Origin: Minisyncoccota bacterium | Lineage (GTDB): Bacteria; Patescibacteriota; Minisyncoccia; Phycocordibacterales; CAJBRS01 | Length of the DNA stretch: 64,000 nt | NCBI GenBank assembly: GCA_035652395.1 | Contig: DASRDX010000009.1 | Location: 144,411-208,410, forward strand | Direction: 5' to 3' | Shown: positions 1 through 8,895 of the stretch, piece after piece | Position numbering within the stretch: position 1 is the first letter of the stretch | How the letters are laid out: each line of letters opens with the position of its first letter | Translations under genes and position numbers: made by a program | Notes under the pieces: generated by a model | Told to the model about the DNA's origin: nothing | The model's database searches: none | Seen by the model: the letters and a program-made list of their open reading frames with translations, nothing else

Positions 1-486
1 ATGATCAAGAATTTATATAAGTATGTGAAAACTGATTTTGTGCTAACTATCCAGCATGATGGTTTCATTCTTAATCCTAAGGCTTGGACCAAAGAATTTC
101 TTTATTATGATTATATTGGGGCACCTTGGTGGTACGATGATGGTAAAAATGTAGGCAATGGCGGTTTTAGCTTGAGAAGTAGAAAGCTTTTGAAGATTTT
201 AGCTAACGATAAGAAAATCAAGAAATTTACGCCCGAGGATCATCATATTTGTCGCACTTACCGAAAATATCTGGAATCAAAAGGGATTAAATTTGCTCCA
301 GAGCGATTGGCGGCAAAATTCAGTGTCGAAGGAAATATTAGAGAATTTAAAACTGGACAGAATATTTGGAAAGGAGAATTTGGTTTTCACGATCTTTCTA
401 AGACGGTGTTAAAGGATTGGTTAAACAAAAATCCTAAATATAGAAAAATTATTGACAATACTTTAAGGCCAACTTATCGGATTTAG
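1..486 (+). CDS. DUF5672-like (glycosyltransferase-associated) protein, probably 5'-truncated by the window edge
   Basis: Motifs IQHDGF, YDYIGAPW and VGNGGFSLRS are typical of this family. Confidence 0.7.
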   Translation: MIKNLYKYVKTDFVLTIQHDGFILNPKAWTKEFLYYDYIGAPWWYDDGKNVGNGGFSLRSRKLLKILANDKKIKKFTPEDHHICRTYRKYLESKGIKFAPERLAAKFSVEGNIREFKTGQNIWKGEFGFHDLSKTVLKDWLNKNPKYRKIIDNTLRPTYRI

Positions 487-1333
487 AGTTCTTAATCCAG
501 TCAATCCTTTTATCTCTCTTAAACCACGTCATCTGGCGCTTGGCGTAGTGCCAGTTTTCAATATAGATTTTTTCAGTCATTTCTTTTTTGGAAATTTTTC
601 CTTGCAAATATTGAGATAAATATCGGTATTCTAGGCCGAGTTGATCCATTCTTTTCCAAGATAGACCGTTTTCATGCAAACGTTTTGCTTCAGCGATCAT
701 GCCGCGTTTCAACCGAAGGTTGAGGCGCCTTCTGATCCGTCTTTTCAGTTCATCATCCTTTAATTTAATGCCTAGTATTTGTGCACTATATTTGGATTTA
801 GTTTTGATTTTTGGAACCTTGCCAATCGCCGTAGCGATTTCAATCGCGCGAATTAGCCGACGCCGATTATTTTTATCGATAGTGCCGGCTCTTCTTGAAT
901 CCAATTTTTTTAATATGGAAAATAATTGTGAAACGCTCTTTTGTTCCAATCTGTTGCGCAGTTTCGGATTTGGCGGCACTTCCGGGAGAACCAAATTATC
1001 AACAATAGCCTGAATATAAAAACCCGTACCACCGCAAATAATCGGGAGTCTTCCTTTGTCAAGGATTTTGTCAATAGTCTTCTCGGCGAGTCTCTTATAT
1101 TCAGCCACGGAAAACTGTTTTGAAGGGTGTGCCACATCTAGGAGATGATGTGACACACCTCGCATTTCAGCTTCAGTAATTTTCCCAGCACCAATATTTA
1201 ATCCTTTATAGACTTGTCGGGAATCGGCCGAAACAACTTCTCCATTTAATTTTTTCGCCAGCTTTACAGCTAACTCACTTTTCCCGGAGGAAGTTGGCCC
1301 AACTATTACTAATATTTTCGGTTTCAATCTCAT
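449..1333 (-). CDS. miaA: tRNA dimethylallyltransferase
   Basis: GPTSSGKS, SADSRQVY, GGTGFY and YAKRQMTWF motifs. Confidence 0.97.
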   Translation of the reverse strand: MRLKPKILVIVGPTSSGKSELAVKLAKKLNGEVVSADSRQVYKGLNIGAGKITEAEMRGVSHHLLDVAHPSKQFSVAEYKRLAEKTIDKILDKGRLPIICGGTGFYIQAIVDNLVLPEVPPNPKLRNRLEQKSVSQLFSILKKLDSRRAGTIDKNNRRRLIRAIEIATAIGKVPKIKTKSKYSAQILGIKLKDDELKRRIRRRLNLRLKRGMIAEAKRLHENGLSWKRMDQLGLEYRYLSQYLQGKISKKEMTEKIYIENWHYAKRQMTWFKRDKRIDWIKNSKSDKLALKYCQ

Positions 1334-1360
1334 GAATTTAAAATAAAACGCTCAAGTCGA

Positions 1361-2476
1361 CTAGCACTTGAGCCATTGAACACCGCGCTTTCGAGTCAGT
1401 TTCAAGCTTGGTCTCACCGCAAAAGAAATGGAGTTATTTCTGAACCACTGATCCCAATTCTTAGCATAGTTTCCGAAATACTTTTCTGGATAATCTGGGC
1501 GCAGAACGTAGACCCGCTGATTCTCGAAAGAAGTAATTAGAAACTCGTAAGTACCGGCTTGCAAATTAACTTTCTCCTCCAACTGCTTTAAATTAGAGAT
1601 CTCACGTGGTCGAAGAAAAGTTAAGAAGATTAAACGATTCTCTCCCAAATCCGCAATGGTCTCTAAGAGTTTTTTCGGGATTGGTTTCAGAAGTGGACTC
1701 TCTATTTCTCCTATCAGCGGATAATTTGGTTCCCGAATAATGGACGCCGGATTTTCAGCCACTGATTTACTCTGACTACTATCCACCGGTAGATCCTCAA
1801 TTCGTCTAAAGACTACGCGATTGCTTCTTTTGGGAGCAGTACGAATAATCTTTTGTGATGGAAGACCTACTCCTAAAGGAAGTTTTTTAATCTTATCTTC
1901 CGGCCCTGGGGGAGCCAATTCCTTTGTTTCTTCCACCAACGGAGCCTTAGGAAGGTAGTCCTCTCTCTTCACTAAAGGTCTCTTTCCTCGGATTCCTATC
2001 GCTTTTTGCCACTCCGTAGAAAAACTATAAACCAGATTTCCACGATCGATAACAAAAACTGGGTGATCCGGGCCGATTGCCCTTAACACTTCCAAAGTTT
2101 TCTCCTCATAAGTTTCTTTGGAAGTCTCATCAGTCATGGCAATTAGAGCCTTTTCAGCTTCTTCTCTTTTCAGAAAAAAAGCTAACCATGGAATTTTATC
2201 TCCCAATTCCGACTCCTTTACTTCTGAAGGCAGTTCTATAGTTATCATTCCCTCCGTCTCAGAAACTCCCGCTCGAGACATGTAAAGGAATAAGTGTTGA
2301 GCATTTATTCCGATCGTCTGACCGTGGAGTAGGGGCCAGAGCTTTTCAGACCTTTGATCAAGCCTCGCTGCTATAAGTAATACCAAGGGAACACTGCGCT
2401 TGTACCGCTCAGTTGATACAAGCCACAACCCTTCTCTGTTCAACAGAAAAAATTCTTTAAGGTACATATTCTGCAC
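1361..2476 (-). CDS. Hypothetical protein (ORFan) with its own promoter and terminator
   Basis: 371-aa ORF. TTGACA...TATGAT lies just upstream of the GTG start, and hairpin GCTCAAGT/ACTTGAGC spans the stop. No family recognised. Confidence 0.7.
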   Translation of the reverse strand: MQNMYLKEFFLLNREGLWLVSTERYKRSVPLVLLIAARLDQRSEKLWPLLHGQTIGINAQHLFLYMSRAGVSETEGMITIELPSEVKESELGDKIPWLAFFLKREEAEKALIAMTDETSKETYEEKTLEVLRAIGPDHPVFVIDRGNLVYSFSTEWQKAIGIRGKRPLVKREDYLPKAPLVEETKELAPPGPEDKIKKLPLGVGLPSQKIIRTAPKRSNRVVFRRIEDLPVDSSQSKSVAENPASIIREPNYPLIGEIESPLLKPIPKKLLETIADLGENRLIFLTFLRPREISNLKQLEEKVNLQAGTYEFLITSFENQRVYVLRPDYPEKYFGNYAKNWDQWFRNNSISFAVRPSLKLTRKRGVQWLKC

Positions 2477-2529
2477 CCATCATAGGAAGAGGGAATAAAA
2501 TGTCAATTTTAGTTATCGAAATCTTTTCA

Positions 2530-2549
2530 GGTGCCGAAGGAGAGAATCG
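2530..2549 (-). repeat. 20-bp direct duplicate of the tRNA-Leu 3' end (att-like)
   Basis: GGTGCCGAAGGAGAGAATCG at 2530-2549 is identical to 2669-2688. Confidence 0.95.
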
Positions 2550-2655
2550 GTCACAAGTCTCGCTTCGCAATCTTGAGACCCCACCTCGCATCGCCCAAAA
2601 ATGGCGATATGTTCCGGTCTTCGATTCTCTCACGTAAGCAAAGCAGTTTGCTTAC
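2550..2655 (-). mobile_element. Small structured non-coding element, copy A (putative)
   Basis: Hairpin GTAAGCAAA-GCAG-TTTGCTTAC at 2634-2655, tRNA-complementary 12-mer at 2620-2631, motifs shared with 4246-4368, flanked by a target duplication. Confidence 0.6.
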
Positions 2656-2670
2656 TCTTCTACCTATCGG

Positions 2671-2752
2671 TGCCGAAGGAGAGAATCGAACTCTCATGGA
2701 TTGCTCCGCACGATTTTGAGTCGTGTGCGTCTACCAATTCCGCCACTTCGGC
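2671..2752 (-). tRNA. tRNA-Leu(CAA)
   Basis: Minus strand reads GCCGAAGTGGCGGAATTGGTAGACGC...ACTCAAAAT...GAGAGTTCGATTCTCTCCTTCGGCA, with a long variable arm. Confidence 0.95.
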
Positions 2753-2815
2753 ATGAGATTTAAATATAATGAAATTTGGCCAAAAATCAATTAAGTTTCT
2801 GTTATAATATTCTTA

Positions 2816-3865
2816 ATGGCCTCGCATTTTTATAGCAATTCTATTTTCTGGATTGAAGTAGAAAAAGTTAAACCCAATCCCTACCAGCCGCGTCGTGAAT
2901 TTGATCAGGCGCGTCTTCAAGATTTGGCCGATTCCATTCGAATGTATGGCGTTTTGCAGCCGCTCGTGGTGACGCGCCACGAAGTGACGCGGGAAGACGG
3001 TGGTTTAACAACCGAATACGAATTAATTTCCGGTGAACGCCGTCTAAGGGCCTCTAAATTGGCCGGATTAGCCCAAGTACCGGTTCTTATTCGAGCTGAA
3101 GAGGAGAATGAAAGGGTAAAACTTGAATTAGCTATTATTGAAAATCTCCAGCGTGAGGATCTTAATCCGGTGGATCGCGCTCGAGCCTTTAAAAGACTAG
3201 CCGAAGAATTTCACTTTAAGCACAATCAAATTGCCGAAAAAGTAGGGAAGAGTCGCGAGTACGTTTCTAATACGATGCGATTACTCTCCTTGCCCGAAGA
3301 AATGCTGACCGCAGTGTCGGAAGGACGACTTTCCGAAGGACACACCCGACCGCTTTTAATGTTAATTGATCGTCCGGACGAGCAGATGACTTTGTATAAA
3401 GAAATTATCTACAAGAAGATGACGGTCCGAGAAGCCGAGGCCATTGCTCGCAAGATTGCTTACGATAAGGTCCGCAAAAAGGAACGCGCGTTTGATCCAG
3501 AATTAGTGGAGCTTGAAGAGAAATTGGCTGAATCACTTGGAACTCGTGTCCATGTTGAAAGAAAAGATCAGGGTGGCCGATTAGTTATAGATTTTTTCTC
3601 AAATGCCGACCTTCAGAGCATTCTGGATTTAGTACGGTCCAATAAACCAAAACCAGCCACAGAGATGATGGAGAAATATATCGCTCAAAATTCTCCAATA
3701 AAAATGGACGAATCAGAAATTGCTATTGCTGAAGCTAATAATCCCGAAGGAGTAGACGACTTAACTATAGAACAGGAAACTTCTACTCCTGTTGATGATC
3801 GATCGAGCCAAGAGAAGCAATCGGATGAAGAAGATTTGTACTCGATTAAAAACTTTTCGATTTAA
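2816..3865 (+). CDS. parB: ParB/Spo0J chromosome partitioning protein
   Basis: PNPYQPRR, GERRLRA and IENLQREDL motifs, an HTH, and an acidic C-terminal tail. Confidence 0.93.
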   Translation: MASHFYSNSIFWIEVEKVKPNPYQPRREFDQARLQDLADSIRMYGVLQPLVVTRHEVTREDGGLTTEYELISGERRLRASKLAGLAQVPVLIRAEEENERVKLELAIIENLQREDLNPVDRARAFKRLAEEFHFKHNQIAEKVGKSREYVSNTMRLLSLPEEMLTAVSEGRLSEGHTRPLLMLIDRPDEQMTLYKEIIYKKMTVREAEAIARKIAYDKVRKKERAFDPELVELEEKLAESLGTRVHVERKDQGGRLVIDFFSNADLQSILDLVRSNKPKPATEMMEKYIAQNSPIKMDESEIAIAEANNPEGVDDLTIEQETSTPVDDRSSQEKQSDEEDLYSIKNFSI

Positions 3866-3919
3866 TTCCTAGACGCAATTTCATTAATATGAGAACCTTA
3901 AAACGGATCGAGGGTCTTA

Positions 3920-4153
3920 ATGAAATACAAAGTTGAATATTCTATAACAGGAGCGGAAAGTGGTGGTAATAATTCAGCTACATTTGAGGCAGATGATGAT
4001 ACTCAAGCACCTCAAAAAGCTGATGAGTTAGTAGCGCAAAAGGAACGTGAATGCAACCAATACATCAAAAGTCCTTTTTGGCACTACAAATTTAAAAGAA
4101 CCGCTCTCTATCGGGTTAAGCAAGAAGAAATTACGGAACCAATACTTAGCTGA
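3920..4153 (+). CDS. Small hypothetical protein
   Basis: 77-aa ORF with GAGG upstream; terminator hairpin 4149-4168 overlaps the stop. Confidence 0.6.
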   Translation: MKYKVEYSITGAESGGNNSATFEADDDTQAPQKADELVAQKERECNQYIKSPFWHYKFKRTALYRVKQEEITEPILS

Positions 4154-4171
4154 GGCAAGATCCTCAGCGTT

Positions 4172-4245
4172 TTATTTTGTCACTAATTTATGCGGATTAG
4201 GGTTTGGGCATCCTTTGTTGGAGCAGCACTCCGGGATCGTCTTGG
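4172..4245 (-). pseudogene. Diverged duplicate of the topA 3' end
   Basis: Encodes KTIPECCSNKGCPNPNPHKLVTK*, versus topA KTIPERCSNKACPNHNPHKLQNTK*. Confidence 0.85.
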
Positions 4246-4368
4246 GCCACAAATAATTTTCTCGCCAACTCGAAAATTTTCGCGGCCCTGCGTCGCCCGT
4301 TTTTCTTACTAGAAAAACATGGCTCCGGCCGACGAAAACTAGTGGCGCAGGCAAAGCAGTTTGCCTGC
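4246..4368 (-). mobile_element. Small structured non-coding element, copy B (putative)
   Basis: Hairpin GCAGGCAAA-GCAG-TTTGCCTGC at 4347-4368, topA-complementary 9-mer at 4331-4339, same architecture as 2550-2655. Confidence 0.6.
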
Positions 4369-4369
4369 T

Positions 4370-6607
4370 TTATTTGGTGTTTTGGAGTTTGTGCGGATTA
4401 TGATTTGGGCAGGCTTTATTTGAACACCTTTCGGGAATCGTTTTCGTCCCTTCCATCATTAATGAGCCGCACATCGGGCAGAGACTGCCGGTTGGTTTGG
4501 CCTTAATGGCGTTTTTACATTGAGGGTAGTTTGAACAGCTGTAAAATATGCCGAATTTGCCGCGACGCTCTACCATAAAACCTTTTTTACATACGGGGCA
4601 CTCTACACCAGTAGAGTTTTGCTTCTCAAGCTCAGCATCTTTTTTAATGTATTTGCATTTTGGATAATTGGCACAGGAAATGAATTGACCGAATTTTCCT
4701 TCGCGTAGCACCAAATCTCCGCCATCAATCGGGCACTTTTCACCGGTGAGTTTTGGACCAGCTAATTCTTTTCCCTCAATAGTGCGGGCGCCCGTACATT
4801 CCGGAAATCTGGAACAGCTCATAAATTTGCCGTTTTTGCCAAGTTTGATGATCATGGGGGCGCCGCAGACCGGACATTTGAATTCGTCCGGTGCGGCGCC
4901 CAAATTAGTAATTTTTTCCATTTTTTTGTCTTTTGATTTAACTTCTTTGGTAAAGGGAGCGTAAAAATCTTTCAAAGTTTTTTCGTATTCACGTTTGCCG
5001 GCTGCAATTTCATCAAGTTCATCTTCCATTTCGGCCGTGAATGAGTCGCTAATATAGGTAGTGAAATGATCTTCTAAAAACGAGGAAACCACGTCGCCGG
5101 TGTCGGTTGGCGTCAGGGCTTTATTAATTTTATTAACGTAGCCGCGGTCTTCCAAAGTCTTAATAATGGAGGCATAAGTGGAAGGGCGGCCAATCCCACG
5201 TTTTTCCAACTCTTTAATCAAGCCAGCTTCAGAATATCGTGGAGGAGGTTGAGTTTCTTTCTCTTCCGAATCAATCTTAAGGAGATTTAGTTTCTCACCC
5301 AATTTTACTTTCGGTAATTCAACGTCTTCGCCGCGAGCTTCCGGATCGGCAGAGAGCCAGCCGGGAAAGAGCACGCGCTGTCCGGTAATAGCAAAATCAG
5401 GAATGGCATCCTTTTCTTTTGGATCGTCGCTAACGTTCGCTGTGAGCTTGCTTCGCAGGAGTTTGGCGTCTGTCATCTGCGAAGCCAAGGTTCTCTGCCA
5501 AATTAACCGGTAAAGTTTCTGTTGTTCTGGAGTAGACCCAGCCTTTTCCATAGACATATGAGTCGGTCGAATGGCTTCATGAGCTTCTTGGGCGTTCTTG
5601 CTCTTAGAAGTAAAAGTACGTGGACTGAGATATTCTTTGCCAAATTTTTTCTCAATGGTTCCAAATATCTGCCCGAGAGCCAATTTGCTTAAGTTAGTGC
5701 TATCGGTACGCATGTAGGTAATGTGACCAGCTTCATAGAGTTTTTGGGCAATACCCATGGTTCTCGATGGAGGAAAACCTAGGCGAGAACTGGCTGTTTG
5801 CTGGAGAGTGGAGGTAATAAAGGGAGCCCGAGGAGAACGTTTAACTTCGCTTTCGGAAAGGTCGGTTATACGCCACTTATTCTTGGCAGTTTCTCCTCCA
5901 ATTTTAAGAATTCTTTCCACTTCTTTCTTCTCGCGCGGTTCCTCTACGCAGGTCAGGGTAAATTCCGGGCCGTTTTTGTCGCCCCCCTTAACCGCGGCAG
6001 TAATAATCCAGAATTTTTCCGGTTTGAAAGCTCTGATCTCGCGCTCACGTTCCATAATAATGCGCAGGGCCGGCGATTGAACGCGACCGGCGGATAGGCC
6101 ATAACGCACTTTCTTCCAGATTAATCCCGATAAATCGTATCCAACGAGTCGATCCAAGACGCGGCGAGCCTCCTGAGCGCGACGAAGATTTTGATCAATT
6201 TCCCGCGGATGCTGAAGAGCCTCTTTAATAGCTTCCTCGGTGATTTCGTTGTAAGTTACTCTTTTAATCTTTTCCGAGAGTCCTTTATTTTTTTTGTCAC
6301 TGACGCCCAAAAGCTCAGAAATGTGCCAAGCAATAGCTTCACCCTCCCGGTCCTCGTCAGTTGCCAGAATTATTTCATCGGCTTTTTTGGCCAATTGCTT
6401 GATTTCGCTCACCACCTTTTCTTTACCCTTGCTTATTTCGTAGTGGGGAACAAAACCTGCCTCAATATCAATGGCCTTCTTATTGCTTTTCGGCAAATCA
6501 CGCACGTGACCCACAGAAGCTTTCACTTCATATTTGCCATCCAAATATTTGGAAATAGTTTTAGCTTTGGCCGGAGATTCCACAATCAGTAACTTCATGA
6601 GCGCCAT
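4370..6607 (-). CDS. topA: DNA topoisomerase I
   Basis: IVESPAKAK, DEDREGE, SAGRVQS and ITYMRTDS motifs, plus C-terminal Zn ribbons. Confidence 0.98.
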   Translation of the reverse strand: MALMKLLIVESPAKAKTISKYLDGKYEVKASVGHVRDLPKSNKKAIDIEAGFVPHYEISKGKEKVVSEIKQLAKKADEIILATDEDREGEAIAWHISELLGVSDKKNKGLSEKIKRVTYNEITEEAIKEALQHPREIDQNLRRAQEARRVLDRLVGYDLSGLIWKKVRYGLSAGRVQSPALRIIMEREREIRAFKPEKFWIITAAVKGGDKNGPEFTLTCVEEPREKKEVERILKIGGETAKNKWRITDLSESEVKRSPRAPFITSTLQQTASSRLGFPPSRTMGIAQKLYEAGHITYMRTDSTNLSKLALGQIFGTIEKKFGKEYLSPRTFTSKSKNAQEAHEAIRPTHMSMEKAGSTPEQQKLYRLIWQRTLASQMTDAKLLRSKLTANVSDDPKEKDAIPDFAITGQRVLFPGWLSADPEARGEDVELPKVKLGEKLNLLKIDSEEKETQPPPRYSEAGLIKELEKRGIGRPSTYASIIKTLEDRGYVNKINKALTPTDTGDVVSSFLEDHFTTYISDSFTAEMEDELDEIAAGKREYEKTLKDFYAPFTKEVKSKDKKMEKITNLGAAPDEFKCPVCGAPMIIKLGKNGKFMSCSRFPECTGARTIEGKELAGPKLTGEKCPIDGGDLVLREGKFGQFISCANYPKCKYIKKDAELEKQNSTGVECPVCKKGFMVERRGKFGIFYSCSNYPQCKNAIKAKPTGSLCPMCGSLMMEGTKTIPERCSNKACPNHNPHKLQNTK

Positions 6608-6650
6608 TATATACTACATCGCATTTCTAATTGCAAATTTCAGATGGTAA

Positions 6651-7514
6651 TTAGATCAGAAATATCTCACCAGCCGCCTCTTTAATTAATGATTTTAATT
6701 CCAGAACGGTCAGGAGAGAATTCATCTGGCTAATAGGGAAATTAACTCGGCGCAACAACTCTTCGCGGGAGAGAGGGGAAGCGAGTTGCTCAATGATTTT
6801 CAATTCCTCTTCTGAACAACTTCGATATTTGATTGAGGGGGCGGTCATGGCGGAGCTTTTCATTCCAAAAACATCCAGAATATCTTCGGCCGAAGTAATC
6901 GGGGTAGCGCCGGTTTGAATCAAAAAATGCGGACCACTGGAGTTTTTAGAAAAGATCGAGCCGGGAACAGTCAGCACTTCCTTGTTGTAGTCAGTAGCCA
7001 AACGAGCGGTAATCATGGTGCCGGATTTTCTGTCTGCCTCTATTATTAGAGTGGCATCCGAAAGACCAGCCATTAAACGATTACGTCGAGGGAAAGCATC
7101 TACAGTAGCGCGATAATCCGGTGCAAATTCCGAAAGCAGAGCTCCATCGGCTTCCAAAATCCTTTCCGCCAGTCTTTGGTGAATGGCTGGGTAGATCATC
7201 TTTGGGTTTAATCCAGATCCGGGCATTGCAAGCGTAGAAAGACCGGCCCGCAGAGCTGCCGTGTGGGCAATTGAATCAATGCCGAGAGCCAGTCCTGACA
7301 CTATGGCAAGATCATGACCAGCTAGGCCGGCAATTAATTGTTCACAAACTTCTCGACCATAATCGCTGAATTGTCTGGCGCCGACTACGCAGAGTAATTT
7401 TGTCGAGGGTGGGGGTAATTTTCCCCGCAGATACAATCGCTCGGGCGGCTCCGGAATTTCCAAAAGGGACGGGGGATAGCGGTCGCGGGGCAGCTCAACG
7501 ATGGGAAATTTCAT
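6651..7514 (-). CDS. dprA: DNA-processing protein DprA
   Basis: VSGLALGIDS, FPRRNRLMAGLS and SGTMITA motifs; conserved dprA-topA order. Confidence 0.95.
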   Translation of the reverse strand: MKFPIVELPRDRYPPSLLEIPEPPERLYLRGKLPPPSTKLLCVVGARQFSDYGREVCEQLIAGLAGHDLAIVSGLALGIDSIAHTAALRAGLSTLAMPGSGLNPKMIYPAIHQRLAERILEADGALLSEFAPDYRATVDAFPRRNRLMAGLSDATLIIEADRKSGTMITARLATDYNKEVLTVPGSIFSKNSSGPHFLIQTGATPITSAEDILDVFGMKSSAMTAPSIKYRSCSEEELKIIEQLASPLSREELLRRVNFPISQMNSLLTVLELKSLIKEAAGEIFLI

Positions 7515-7620
7515 GGCCTTAGTTTAATCAGTCGACATGAAATTTCTTTAAAAGAAAATTAAAATAAGCCGGATTTAAACGAACTTCGTCAAATTCCGTC
7601 AATTTTGCTATCATTTAGTT

Positions 7621-8895
7621 ATGCTCGATATCAAATTCATTCGCGAAAATAAGGAAGTTGTTCAGGCTGGGGCTCAAAAAAAGGGTATTGACATAAACCT
7701 TGACGAATTAATTGCCGCCGACGATAAAAGGCGGCAATTATTGACTGAAATAGAAGCTAAAAAAGCCGAGCAAAACCAATTTAGCGGGAAAATCGTCAAC
7801 GCTTCCGAGACTGACAAAGTCAAACTAATAGAAGAAATGAAAGTTTTGAAGGAAGGTTTGAGCGCGGAAGAGGAAAAATTGAAAGAAGTAATGAAAGATT
7901 GGCAAAGATTAATGGTCCAAGTACCAAATGTGCCGGATATGTCCGTGCCGGAAGGAAAAGACGAAACGGAAAATAAGGAAATAAAAACTTCTGGCGAGAA
8001 GCCGAAATTTGACTTCACTCCGAAAAGTCACATCGAGTTGATGGAAAAGATGGAAATGCTCGATTTGGATAGAGGCACAAAGGTGGCAGGTTTCCGTGGT
8101 TATTTTTTGAAAAATGACGGAGTCCTGTTAAATTTTGCCATTTGGCAATTTGTTTTAGAAACCATGACGGGGAACGGAGAATTCACGCCACTTCTTAGTC
8201 CATCTTTAGTTAGAAAAGAAACCCTTCTCGGAACCGGTTATTTACCTCAAGGAGAGGAAGACCTTTACCGAACCCAGGATGATTCATATTTGGCCGGAAC
8301 TTCCGAAGTGCCAACCATGAGTTATTACTCTGACGAAATAATTGAAAAGAAAAAATTGCCGGTCAAGTTTTTGGCCTTTTCTCCATGCTTTCGGCGCGAA
8401 GCGGGGAGTCATGGCAAGGATACTAAAGGTCTTATCAGAGTGCATGAATTTTATAAATTCGAGCAAGTTATTATTTGTGAAGCCAATCACGAAGAATCAG
8501 TTAAGCATCATGAGGAGCTGACTCTCAATGCGGAGAAAATTTTGCAGGCGCTTAAATTGCCGTATCGAAACCTTTTAATCTGCGGGGGAGATCTCGGTTT
8601 GGGGCAAGTTAAAAAATATGATCTTGAGGCGTGGATGCCTTCGGAAAATACTTATCGCGAAACTCATTCAGCCTCTTACTTTCACGATTTTCAGACGCGC
8701 CGACTAAATATCCGCTATCGAGACGATGAAGGAAAACTGCGTTTTGCCCATTCTTTAAACAACACTGCCCTAGCTACTCCTCGAATAATCGCCGCCATTG
8801 TAGAAAATTATCAAAACGCCGACGGCACCATCAACATTCCGGAGGCTCTTCAGAAATACATGGGCGGCCGAAAAGTAATCGAACCAAAAAAATAG
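7621..8895 (+). CDS. serS: Seryl-tRNA synthetase
   Basis: MLDIKFIREN start, coiled coil, GTSEVP, FRREAGS and LNNTALATPR motifs. Confidence 0.98.
   Translation: MLDIKFIRENKEVVQAGAQKKGIDINLDELIAADDKRRQLLTEIEAKKAEQNQFSGKIVNASETDKVKLIEEMKVLKEGLSAEEEKLKEVMKDWQRLMVQVPNVPDMSVPEGKDETENKEIKTSGEKPKFDFTPKSHIELMEKMEMLDLDRGTKVAGFRGYFLKNDGVLLNFAIWQFVLETMTGNGEFTPLLSPSLVRKETLLGTGYLPQGEEDLYRTQDDSYLAGTSEVPTMSYYSDEIIEKKKLPVKFLAFSPCFRREAGSHGKDTKGLIRVHEFYKFEQVIICEANHEESVKHHEELTLNAEKILQALKLPYRNLLICGGDLGLGQVKKYDLEAWMPSENTYRETHSASYFHDFQTRRLNIRYRDDEGKLRFAHSLNNTALATPRIIAAIVENYQNADGTINIPEALQKYMGGRKVIEPKK

Noticed and set aside
4172-4446. topA duplicate as a DGR template/variable repeat pair
   Set aside because: Differences are not adenine-specific, and no reverse transcriptase is present in the window.
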